In this document: positions 42,809-51,379 of the stretch, one piece after another | Layout of the letters: each line of letters opens with the position of its first letter | How positions within the stretch are numbered: position 1 is the first letter of the stretch | Origin: Patescibacteria group bacterium | GTDB lineage: Bacteria > Patescibacteriota > Microgenomatia > UBA10105 > UBA927 | Direction: 5' to 3' | Assembly: GCA_049322955.1 (NCBI GenBank) | Contig: JBMOPU010000012.1 | Span: forward strand, 311,032-375,031 | Length of the DNA: 64,000 bases | The notes under the pieces: model-generated | What the model was told of the DNA's origin: nothing | The model's database searches: none | What the model saw: the letters and a program-made list of their open reading frames with translations, nothing else | Program-made: the position numbers and the translations under genes

Positions 42809-43321
42809 CTATGCCTCTTGTTGAGGCAAGGATGGTATGAGAATGCCCTCCATAATGATGGTGGTGGTGCCGGAGGTACAGGTTATGTGAACGCTGTTCG
42901 GATTGGTTTCGAGTGATTGGTTGCCCGTTGGTTGGACGGATACGTCACCTTGACCGAAATCAGCGGCGCATGTGTACTCGGGCGGTACGCTCCAGCTGAC
43001 GAATTGACCATTGTATTCGATGAACATCGAAATAGTCGTTCCGTCAGTGAATGTTGCCGTTGCATTCTGCATTTCAGTGGTGTTGCAGGTGAATCCGTCG
43101 GGGAATTTGTCTGATTCCACGACGTATATAGACATGGTTTCCCCGATGGGACACTCCACGTAAAATTCACCGCTGGTTTCAACCGAGACGAGCGGACATC
43201 CGCCGAACAGCAAAAAAAGCGGCAGGATACCCTTAAGTAAGCTTATCAGTTTCATTGCTCTGCTCCACGATAAAGTTAGTCTGAGACCGACTCGGTGGTA
43301 CTGATTCGGTCTCAGTTGCAT
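42809..43321 (-). CDS. Putative lipoprotein / secreted protein
   Basis: Likely start MKLISLLKGILPLFLLFGGCPLVS (about 43255) with a lipobox-like FGGC; GC-rich. Confidence 0.55.
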   Translation of the reverse strand: MQLRPNQYHRVGLRLTLSWSRAMKLISLLKGILPLFLLFGGCPLVSVETSGEFYVECPIGETMSIYVVESDKFPDGFTCNTTEMQNATATFTDGTTISMFIEYNGQFVSWSVPPEYTCAADFGQGDVSVQPTGNQSLETNPNSVHITCTSGTTTIIMEGILIPSLPQQEA

Positions 43322-43323
43322 GG

Positions 43324-44796
43324 TTACTTCAGCCAGGCTTCCGCTGAAACAGTGAACTCGCCGACGGTATATTCGAGGCTTACGACACTCGAGTTCATGA
43401 CTGCGCGAAGCACGTCATTCGTAGCGGTTTTTTCAGCGTGCCCTGCGGCGATGCTGGTGCCCGTGAGCGTGAATGTCGGGGTGCCATAGGCTCCCGGATT
43501 GTCGATGAGCACGGCGTACATGCCGTTGTTGCCGACGCGGTCAAGCGTGATGAGCAGTTGACCGTAGGCGCCCGGAATGACCAGCGTGTCGACAGGCTCG
43601 TCTTGATAGGTCAAGCCTTTCGCACAGTACGGCGTGCCGAGCAACGGACCAGTGACGGTGTATGTCACATCTTGGTCGTTGTTACTGCAGGACACCGTGC
43701 TTGTGCTTACCGGCACTTCGCCTGTCACCGTCATATTGATGGTCGGTGTAATGGTCGGGCGTGGTGTGCGGGTCGCTGTTGCAGGCGGCGTGTTGGTCGG
43801 CGTGGGCGGAAGCAGATGGTGCTCGTCGAATTCCGCAAGCGGCATGATATTGCCAATTGCGTGGTCGCCGCTCCAGAACAGTTCGACCTCGTTGTAGCCT
43901 TCTGCATACACGTTTACCTGTGAGAACATCCACTTCCACATCTTCCGCACTTGTGCGGGTGTAATTGATGTTTGCTGTACCGCATCTTCCGTTCCGTAAT
44001 AAATCGGGAACGACGCGCGGTCAGTGGTCGGGCATGGCGAAAACATGGAGTTCACCACGAACACGATGGTGCGCACCGTTGAGCCCTTGCAAGTGAATGT
44101 TTCGATGGCGCCGTATTGGTAGGTCACCAATTGGTTGTCGGTGAGTTCGTCCCAGTCTTCGGCGGGCATGAACGTACCCATCGGCACATCCTGCTCCTTG
44201 TAGTCAATGGTGACCGTGAACGGTAAGTTCTGGTAGATGGGCGCCGGTGACTCGTCAAGCGTCGCATAGTAATACTGGAAGCCCTTCGGCGCGATGCTCA
44301 GCAGGTCGTCGGCATTCGCCCCGACAAAATACTGGAATTCGCTGACGGCTTCTTCAACATCTATCGTGACATCCGTCGGGATGCGCCACGTGATGTAGGT
44401 GCCTTTCAGGAATTGTACGGTCATGCGGTCGTCAATGAAGCCGAGGGTGAAATACCCATCATGCTTCACGAGAATGACTTCCCTGTAGGCTTCCGTGTTA
44501 TGGCGTGTCCCTTCCGGGTCGTGCGAGTTCTCATCGAACGTGCGTCCGAGGAATTCGACAGCCCCACCGTCAAAGAACAACGGGTCTATTTTTTTGAGTT
44601 CTTCAAGACCCGGGTTCGGAATTTCGGTTGCGGTGGGTGAGTTGGTCGGTGACGGCGCGATGGTCGACGTTTTGGTCGGCTGGTTGGTTGCGGTTGCAGG
44701 CGCGGTCGCGGTGGCGGTCGGTTGACTTCCACATGCGGCGAGCACCATTGATGCAACGACGAGCAGGCTCAAAAGAGCCCAAAGTCTCTTGGACAT
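43324..44796 (-). CDS. Lipoprotein with Pro/Thr-rich linkers
   Basis: Signal plus lipobox MSKRLWALLSLLVVASMVLAACGS; PT linkers (TATATAPATATNQPTKTSTIAPSPTNSPTAT; PPTPTNTPPATATRTPRPTITPT); GC-rich. Confidence 0.65.
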   Translation of the reverse strand: MSKRLWALLSLLVVASMVLAACGSQPTATATAPATATNQPTKTSTIAPSPTNSPTATEIPNPGLEELKKIDPLFFDGGAVEFLGRTFDENSHDPEGTRHNTEAYREVILVKHDGYFTLGFIDDRMTVQFLKGTYITWRIPTDVTIDVEEAVSEFQYFVGANADDLLSIAPKGFQYYYATLDESPAPIYQNLPFTVTIDYKEQDVPMGTFMPAEDWDELTDNQLVTYQYGAIETFTCKGSTVRTIVFVVNSMFSPCPTTDRASFPIYYGTEDAVQQTSITPAQVRKMWKWMFSQVNVYAEGYNEVELFWSGDHAIGNIMPLAEFDEHHLLPPTPTNTPPATATRTPRPTITPTINMTVTGEVPVSTSTVSCSNNDQDVTYTVTGPLLGTPYCAKGLTYQDEPVDTLVIPGAYGQLLITLDRVGNNGMYAVLIDNPGAYGTPTFTLTGTSIAAGHAEKTATNDVLRAVMNSSVVSLEYTVGEFTVSAEAWLK

Positions 44797-45483
44797 GGTT
44801 TCTCCTGTTTGTGTGTGACCTCAGCGTTAGCCTCGGCCTTTGGATTGTTGAGCGCCGGAGGCGCTTTCAAATTTCTCAACCCCCTAAATAGGCGGATGAG
44901 TCCAATCAATTCCCTCGGGGTAAACCCCTTTATCGGGAATGGACATAAAGGTGGTGTATTTGTTTGTTCTACCTCTCTTGTTGGTGTTTGGATTGGTTGT
45001 TTCAAAAAGAATTTTTATCCCCTCGATAAATTCTTCTTTGTTTTTATTTCCCCTCTGTGTGTATATGAATCTGTTGATTCTTTTATATCCCCCGCACTAT
45101 GCCGATGATTATCGGAACAGAGCGGGGGATACGTATCAAAAAGGGGCAATCCGAAAGGAAAAAGGTGACAAAAACGCACCGTATTGACGGATTTGCAGGA
45201 GAAATCATGCTATTTTTTGCAACACAATTTTTTCTATTCAACTCTCTCTGTTAAGGTGCCTTTTGGCCAAAAGCAGAGAAAACCGCAATTGGTTTGTCTG
45301 CCTACAGACCAAAAGAACCACGGGCGCCTAACTTTTAGGCACGCGTGTGACCGGTTCATCACCGGAAGCGAGGCGAGATAAAGATCCCGTCTCGCTCCTG
45401 GGGACGATCGTTATCAGTCATTTATTAAAAGTGCTAGCTTACTTTGTTCTCCTTATATTGACGCCTTAATCTTATTTTTTTAC

Positions 45484-45516
45484 ACAAAAAAACCGGCTAC
45501 GATATCTGCCGGTTTC
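45484..45516 (-). terminator. Intrinsic terminator of the DUF11 surface-protein gene
   Basis: Minus-strand hairpin aaccggcagatatcgtagccggtt followed by tttttttgtgtaaaaaaa. Confidence 0.55.
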
Positions 45517-45590
45517 TGTTGCGTTATCTATTGGTTATAAGTTGCTTTGTTTTTTTGGCCGGCAGACCATTTTTAGATTGTCCTGATAGC

Positions 45591-46253
45591 TCAGGGCCGA
45601 ATAGCTCCTTTTGCAAGAATCCCAAACCCAATGATAGCCAAAGCGATAAAGGGGAGCATATATGCGTAGTCTTCAAATCCCGCGACCGGAAGGGTGGTGG
45701 CACCCAATACTTTGGTTTGGACACACAAGCTGGACGTATCTTCATCAGATCGATTTTCCGGTGCCGTGACCGTAACCTTGTTAACCACATCACAGGTAAG
45801 ATCCTGAGGGAATACCGAGATATCCTTCACCTTCACTAGAATTCGGTTATGTACGGTGGCACCCGCCTTGAGATCAGAGATTTCATACGTAAGCTTGTGT
45901 GCACTTGCCTCATATCGTCCGGGACCTGAGACAAACAAGACCTGAGACGGTAAAAAGTCAATGATGGTCACCGTCGCATAGTCAGTGGTACTGGTATTGG
46001 TAACGGCGATGTCGTACTCCACTTCACTGTTGGGTGAATACGCGGCATCGTAGGCCGTCAGATTTTCAACAAACAGATTAACATTGGTGGGGTATCGCAC
46101 CTTTTTATTGATAACAACGTTGTTTGTCGGACATTCTACCGAGGTTCCGTATTGGTTCGTGCAGTTTTCGCCGTCATAGGCATGTACGGCGGGCACAAGG
46201 AGCGCCATGGCGCCGAGAAGCGAAACAAGTGCGATAGTGTGTTTTGATTTCAT
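45591..46253 (-). CDS. Surface protein with DUF11-like domain and C-terminal sortase-type sorting signal
   Basis: Signal peptide MKSKHTIALVSLLGAMALLVPAVHA; DUF11-like block DIAVTNTSTTDYATVTIIDFLPSQVLFVSGPG; C-terminal LPVAG + hydrophobic stretch + KGAIRP tail. Confidence 0.65.
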   Translation of the reverse strand: MKSKHTIALVSLLGAMALLVPAVHAYDGENCTNQYGTSVECPTNNVVINKKVRYPTNVNLFVENLTAYDAAYSPNSEVEYDIAVTNTSTTDYATVTIIDFLPSQVLFVSGPGRYEASAHKLTYEISDLKAGATVHNRILVKVKDISVFPQDLTCDVVNKVTVTAPENRSDEDTSSLCVQTKVLGATTLPVAGFEDYAYMLPFIALAIIGFGILAKGAIRP

Positions 46254-46330
46254 ACTATATAGTTTGCGCTAGTTGTGAAACTAGTCTGAGGACTATATCA
46301 CAACGACACATCAGTGTCAAGTGTTATAGG

Positions 46331-46774
46331 CTATTTACCGAAAGGCTTGTCCAGTACGGTATATTTGTTCCGGGTAACGGTGGTGCCGTCTTTAAGGGTT
46401 TTTTTGCTGGTTAATTCAAGTTCAATTTGCTCGACATCAGCCCGAGGTGACGCACGTCTTATGAGCTCCCAGGTGAGTTGGATGCTTTTATCTGCGATTT
46501 GGATCATATACAGGTTGGGGAGCAATTTGGAGTGGGTACTGCTTTCTGATCCTTTTTTGTGGATGGTATATTTGACGGTGATATCTTCCTTTTTACTGCG
46601 CCCGACAAGCTCTGTGGTCAGTGCCGTCAGCCCGCCGATGATTCCGCCCGCGGCGTAGCCCTGCAAGCTCAAAAAACCCATACCGGTGGCAAATCCGATT
46701 GCCGCCCCTTCTGCCGCTCCCACAGCCGTGACTGTGGCTATCTCGCGTAAATTTTTGAGAGTTTCTTTTTGCAT
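46331..46774 (-). CDS. Glycine-zipper small protein
   Basis: Start MQKETLK (46774) with TATAAT about 10 nt upstream; AVGAAEGAAIGFATGMGFLSLQGYAAGGIIGGLTA (GxxxG repeats). Confidence 0.5.
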   Translation of the reverse strand: MQKETLKNLREIATVTAVGAAEGAAIGFATGMGFLSLQGYAAGGIIGGLTALTTELVGRSKKEDITVKYTIHKKGSESSTHSKLLPNLYMIQIADKSIQLTWELIRRASPRADVEQIELELTSKKTLKDGTTVTRNKYTVLDKPFGK

Positions 46775-46805
46775 GGACGTGATTATATCACCAACCCGCA
46801 ATTGC

Positions 46806-47102
46806 TTAGCCGGCCACGGGTTCGTGCGGCGGTTCAGGCAGTGGTTGCGGTTCGGCGTACGGGTGAAATTCGGTGTGCGGGTACGTCGGATCCATCTGTG
46901 CCAGCCATCCCACGGTGCGGATATATTCCGCGGCACCGTGTGCGAGCGGCTCGGCGGCATAGGCGGTGACGCCGCCTATAACGGCACCTACCGCAATTCC
47001 CACCGGGGAGGCGCCGGCCCCGATCAACGCTCCTTCCAGTGCCCCTACCGCGGTAAGGGTGAGCCGCTTTGTTTTGGTGTCGGGCAACTGTTCTTTGCTC
47101 AT
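46806..47102 (-). CDS. Glycine-zipper small protein (paralog)
   Basis: AVGALEGALIGAGASPVGIAVGAVIGGVTAYAAEP; the 98-aa ORF precedes the 46331..46774 ORF on the same strand. Confidence 0.5.
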   Translation of the reverse strand: MSKEQLPDTKTKRLTLTAVGALEGALIGAGASPVGIAVGAVIGGVTAYAAEPLAHGAAEYIRTVGWLAQMDPTYPHTEFHPYAEPQPLPEPPHEPVAG

Positions 47103-47111
47103 GCCGTCTTG

Positions 47112-47993
47112 TTAAATCGCCTCATTTTGTTCTTCCACCAAGTCAGCAAAAATCAGCAAACGCTCGGTAGTGGAGCCAGGAGGCCAACAGGTCTGTAAAA
47201 TGAGGCGTTTTTGGCCTGCCTGAGGAGCAAGATAGGATACTTCGGTGGGACTTACCACCTGCTTGCCGGTGATTTCATACCGATAGGAAGAGCCCTTGTA
47301 ATAGATAAGGATCGTATCCTTTACCTCAAGATTCTTCAAAAGGTAAAACACGGCATTCAAATCACCCACAAACCAGTCGTAATTGGTGGAGTGAGAAAAA
47401 AGATACACCGTACCCTCTTCGTCGGGGAAGTACGAGAGGGAAGAGTGGGCGATTCCTTTTTGGAGTGCGGCCAGATATTCGCCCGGTTTGGTGGGATTGA
47501 CCGCAGGAATAACCCCGGCGTTAATGCCCACCTTCGGCACGATCAGCGAAAAGTCTTTGTTGACGGGATCGATTGAAGCGCCTTCGGGCGTTTTGAGCGG
47601 GTCAAACGCCGCGGGAACTGCGGGTTTTTGGGTCGTTTCGGTAGCTATCTGCGTTCGGTCGGTCGGGAGCCATGTTCGAACGACGGAAATTACCCCGTCG
47701 AGATGCTGTACCAAGGCTTTCTGATAGGTTGGTAACGTTCGTTGTACCTGAAGTGCGGCATATCTTGCCTCAAGTCGAATACGCGGCGTTAAGGGGCCCG
47801 TAAGACCTCCCAGGGCAAGTGCAAGCATGCCGATACCGAGGGTGGTTACCCATGAGTGATTTGTCGTGTTTTTCGGTACGGCAACGGGCGACGGCGTACG
47901 ACGCAGTTTTGTGGTCGTTCGGGCGGGAGTAAGCACCGGAATACCGGGTCGGTAGTCCCAGTCGTGATAGTAGATGATGCCTGATGTTTGCAT
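47112..47993 (-). CDS. Sortase (class E/F-like transpeptidase)
   Basis: N-terminal TM; catalytic motifs LFSHSTNYDW (His), RLILQTCWPPGST (TLxTC Cys), conserved Arg downstream. Confidence 0.8.
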   Translation of the reverse strand: MQTSGIIYYHDWDYRPGIPVLTPARTTTKLRRTPSPVAVPKNTTNHSWVTTLGIGMLALALGGLTGPLTPRIRLEARYAALQVQRTLPTYQKALVQHLDGVISVVRTWLPTDRTQIATETTQKPAVPAAFDPLKTPEGASIDPVNKDFSLIVPKVGINAGVIPAVNPTKPGEYLAALQKGIAHSSLSYFPDEEGTVYLFSHSTNYDWFVGDLNAVFYLLKNLEVKDTILIYYKGSSYRYEITGKQVVSPTEVSYLAPQAGQKRLILQTCWPPGSTTERLLIFADLVEEQNEAI

Positions 47994-48063
47994 AGCCGTA
48001 CCGCAGAAACGGTAAGCACGGATTATACACTATAAGCCATTTATGGGCAACTTGGCGAAGGTA

Positions 48064-48444
48064 TTACCAGGTATTTATGATGCGATGTGCCCGATAGTAT
48101 CGGCCGTCGCTTCCTTGCGAGTAGATTCGCTGATCGGGTGTCACCACTCGGGTTTGTAGCGGTTTGGTTTGCGAAATAAACGGAGCGGCAGGCTCAGTGA
48201 GGACGGTGTTGTCGAGTTCAATAAGTTCGTATTGCGAAAAAGGGCCGTTTGCGGCGGCTTGGCGTGCGGCGGTGGCGCCGTCTCCCGTGCAGGTAAAAGA
48301 AAGGCATTCCCAGGGTTGCAATTCCTCATATCTATTGACCGGTACGGTGCCGTTACTTTCCGCGTTCAATACGGTGGGAGTAAGCTCCGTGTGGCAACGG
48401 CGTTTAATCGGGCAGGCGCGGCAAATGGCATATTCTTTCTTCAT
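48064..48444 (-). CDS. Hypothetical Cys-containing small protein (putative zinc ribbon)
   Basis: Start MKKEYAICRACPIKRRCHTE (48444); CxxC...C-H cluster; avoids overlap with the divergent 48560 gene. Confidence 0.4.
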   Translation of the reverse strand: MKKEYAICRACPIKRRCHTELTPTVLNAESNGTVPVNRYEELQPWECLSFTCTGDGATAARQAAANGPFSQYELIELDNTVLTEPAAPFISQTKPLQTRVVTPDQRIYSQGSDGRYYRAHRIINTW

Positions 48445-48559
48445 AACGGGACGAAATAGCCGAAGAAATGAGGCAGAAGTATATACTATGAGATAGTTAT
48501 TTGCAACTATTGTCGGGTCTGTTTGCAAAATCAACGGGAGGAAGTATATACTCCGACCC

Positions 48560-49324
48560 ATGCAAGTTGAGCGCCGCCAAACGCCGGAAACCGCTGAATT
48601 CACCCGCTACGGGAGGGACGGCTCGCGCCTGACCGTCGAACGGTTCGGCAAGGAACCGACCAGCATGTTTGTGGCGGGTATCCACGGAGACGAATACGAA
48701 ATTATTCCGCCGCTTAAACGAATCCTCGAACAACGAACGGCAACAAAACCGCAACTTTTCGGATCGCATATTCGGGTGATGGAAGCGTTTCCCAAGGCCC
48801 TCCATGGGAAAAGCAGAAAATCGGATGATGTTGATCTCAACAGGCAGTTCGGGGTCAAGCATTATCCCGATTATCCGCAGGCAAAATTGCTCGCCGATTG
48901 TTTGCTCGAGCATAAAAGTCTCACGACGCTGTTTTCGTTTCACGAAGATCTCGAAGAAGACCGGTTCTATTTCTACTATCAACCTTCGCGGGATGATACG
49001 GGGGAGCTTGATCCGACCATCGAAAAACTTCGCGGGAACCTGATCGCACGGGTCGAAGCGATGGGCATCCCGTTATATGACGGCATTGATGATATCGATT
49101 TGGGATACTGGGTGGATCGGGGATTCTGCGCGGTGGCCGCAGATTCATCGCATGATGACACGTTCGAAATGTGGGCGATACGCAACGAATTACACGATCA
49201 TCCGTCCATGAAACGGGCATTTTTGTTTGAAGTACCGGGCAAACTCCCCGTGGCAAAGAAAGAACTCCTGTTACAAGCGATCATGGATACGTTTGTGGAA
49301 CCGTATTTAGCGGCAATGGCTTAA
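48560..49324 (+). CDS. AstE/AspA (succinylglutamate desuccinylase/aspartoacylase) M14-like zinc hydrolase family protein
   Basis: FVAGIHGDEYE (HGxE zinc motif) and DLNRQF. Confidence 0.6.
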   Translation: MQVERRQTPETAEFTRYGRDGSRLTVERFGKEPTSMFVAGIHGDEYEIIPPLKRILEQRTATKPQLFGSHIRVMEAFPKALHGKSRKSDDVDLNRQFGVKHYPDYPQAKLLADCLLEHKSLTTLFSFHEDLEEDRFYFYYQPSRDDTGELDPTIEKLRGNLIARVEAMGIPLYDGIDDIDLGYWVDRGFCAVAADSSHDDTFEMWAIRNELHDHPSMKRAFLFEVPGKLPVAKKELLLQAIMDTFVEPYLAAMA

Positions 49325-49580
49325 ACAAGGTGATTATTCTTTCGGAGTGACGTATTTTACCGACGGCCGGCATTCGGCAAGACGCTGGGAAATACCGAGG
49401 TTTGCGGTACCGCCGCCACGTCCGTAGTTTTTCTTTTTATCAGCACTGCCGAAAATACTGATCGGTGATCCCTCTTTACGGGGAGATGCTCCTTCAGCCG
49501 GGAGATTTTGGTTACCGGGGAGGCCGCGGATGCTGATTTGAAAAATTCTGATTGCCATAAGGCTACGAAGTATAGCAAAA

Positions 49581-50093
49581 TTATAGGCTTTTAACAAATT
49601 TAGTCATCGTCACGCCTTCAATAGTGACATTTCCTTGGGGGACATACCCCTGGCTCGTGAAGAGTTTGATGCTTTTTTCGTTGGTCGGTTTAATCATTGC
49701 CCGGATACCCGTTAGTCCCACGACTTCTTTGGCATAGGTATGTATTGCCGCTACCGTCATGGTGCCGATGCCACGGCTTTGATACTCTTTTTCGCCGATC
49801 ACGATCCCTATTTCACCCGTCGTACTCGGGGCATGGTCCTGTCGCAGGTTCACAAAGCCGATCAGTTTGCCGTCTGCCACGATGGAAAAATAATGTCTGC
49901 GTGGGTCATTGGCGGCGTTGTAGAGCCATTGGTTGATATCCTCGGCTTTCGTCGGGAGGTCGTTCCACATCCATTTTCTGATGTCGGGATCATTGATCCA
50001 GGTAACCCAGGATGCGAGCGTTTCGCGGGTATGTTGCACCGGCTCCAAATGGATCGAAACGGTGTGTTTGAGAGTTTCCTGTTTAGCGGCCAT
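49581..50093 (-). CDS. GNAT-family N-acetyltransferase
   Basis: Acetyl-CoA-binding motif QSRGIGTMTV, RimL-like size (170 aa). Confidence 0.65.
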   Translation of the reverse strand: MAAKQETLKHTVSIHLEPVQHTRETLASWVTWINDPDIRKWMWNDLPTKAEDINQWLYNAANDPRRHYFSIVADGKLIGFVNLRQDHAPSTTGEIGIVIGEKEYQSRGIGTMTVAAIHTYAKEVVGLTGIRAMIKPTNEKSIKLFTSQGYVPQGNVTIEGVTMTKFVKSL

Positions 50094-50188
50094 AATTGTC
50101 GCGGGAGTATAACAGATAAGCCTATAGGAAGCAATTCTTTGACGGATAAATATTGACGATTTGATGTTTTTTGATACAATAGGGCTCT

Positions 50189-50482
50189 ATGAGTGCACGG
50201 AAAGAACCTGGTTCGAAATTTGCCTTCTTACTTCCCGTTGAAAAATATACCGATGCGAAAGGTCGATCGCGGATGCGGGCGGTAGTGGGCGGAGATGTTG
50301 AGGCCAGAGATGCGTTGGTAAAGCATCTTGAAGAAACCGCGGATGCGCATGTGGAGACGCCGGAAGAAACCGAGCGGGCAAAAATGTTTTCAGGGTTCGG
50401 CAATGGGAGAATGGACGCTTCCCGCGGTTCCCGTACGAAAGTTGTGTATAAACGCGGCACGGGTTGGGTAAGCAACAACTAA
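50189..50482 (+). CDS. Hypothetical protein
   Basis: 97-aa ORF. Confidence 0.3.
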   Translation: MSARKEPGSKFAFLLPVEKYTDAKGRSRMRAVVGGDVEARDALVKHLEETADAHVETPEETERAKMFSGFGNGRMDASRGSRTKVVYKRGTGWVSNN

Positions 50483-50545
50483 ACCCGTATATTTTCTCCT
50501 ATATTGTCTTGCATTCCCACGAATGTCGACGTATGATAGCCCCCA

Positions 50546-50950
50546 ATGTCAGATAATCTGGAACGGCGCGTCACACTCCGATTATTCCCCAGTAATCCCC
50601 GATATGACGGGGAAGTCGTAGCGATTCCCGTTGAATACGGCGTCAAGCTTCCGATTCGAGCCAAAAATTTGCGTACGAGAGGCGAAGTGATTTTTACCCC
50701 GCAAGGGCAAGTGATTTTTGATCACGCCATCGCAAAAGTGCGTCCTGCTCCGGGAGAAGAGGGACGGTTCGAGTTTGTGGAAAGCGACGGTGTGGATGAA
50801 GAACAGATCGGGGGAGGTCGTCGGGAGTTTCGCGTGCAACCGGGAGGGGTTGCGGGAGTATGGCCGCGCGAGACGCAAACGGATCGATTTCTCCATGCGG
50901 GTCGCCGATTTCTCCGACTGGAAATAGCATCACTCCTTACCGACGGATAA
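50546..50950 (+). CDS. Hypothetical protein
   Basis: 134-aa ORF. Confidence 0.35.
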   Translation: MSDNLERRVTLRLFPSNPRYDGEVVAIPVEYGVKLPIRAKNLRTRGEVIFTPQGQVIFDHAIAKVRPAPGEEGRFEFVESDGVDEEQIGGGRREFRVQPGGVAGVWPRETQTDRFLHAGRRFLRLEIASLLTDG

Positions 50951-50956
50951 CCCGTA

Positions 50957-51310
50957 TCACGACTGATCGATGTTGTTCGGATCGGTGGGGTTACCGTCAC
51001 TGTCGGGCAAGCGAGGGATTCTTCGGGTACCGAATGAAAATCCCCGTCGGTGTTCACCGATATCAACCGCCATCTCCCGCAGTGCCGCCGCTCGGTTGTC
51101 TCTCTCTTCCGCTTCGGCAAGAAGGGATTCGACCGATGCCGTCCATAGGTAGCCTTTATTTTTGTTCCCGGCGCGTATAAGGAAGCCCCGTCTTACCAAT
51201 TCATTGAGATTCGGCCGGGGTACATCGGTTTGAAATTCGTAAAAGGGTGTTTCCTGACCGAATTCCTTGTAAGCCTCCCGTACGCGCTCTAAATCGATTT
51301 TCCATGCCAT
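50957..51310 (-). CDS. Hypothetical protein
   Basis: 117-aa ORF. Confidence 0.35.
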   Translation of the reverse strand: MAWKIDLERVREAYKEFGQETPFYEFQTDVPRPNLNELVRRGFLIRAGNKNKGYLWTASVESLLAEAEERDNRAAALREMAVDIGEHRRGFSFGTRRIPRLPDSDGNPTDPNNIDQS

Positions 51311-51379
51311 AGCAAGAACAAATTATAGGATATTTATATGATGATGTGCAAATCGGGGCGATAGGGGAAAGACGCTCCC

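Noticed and set aside
45585-45625. tRNA-like TAGCTCAG motif
   Set aside because: No AGAGC D-stem partner, no GGTTCGA T-arm and no cloverleaf could be drawn; it lies within the 3' end of a CDS. No tRNA genes were found anywhere in the window.
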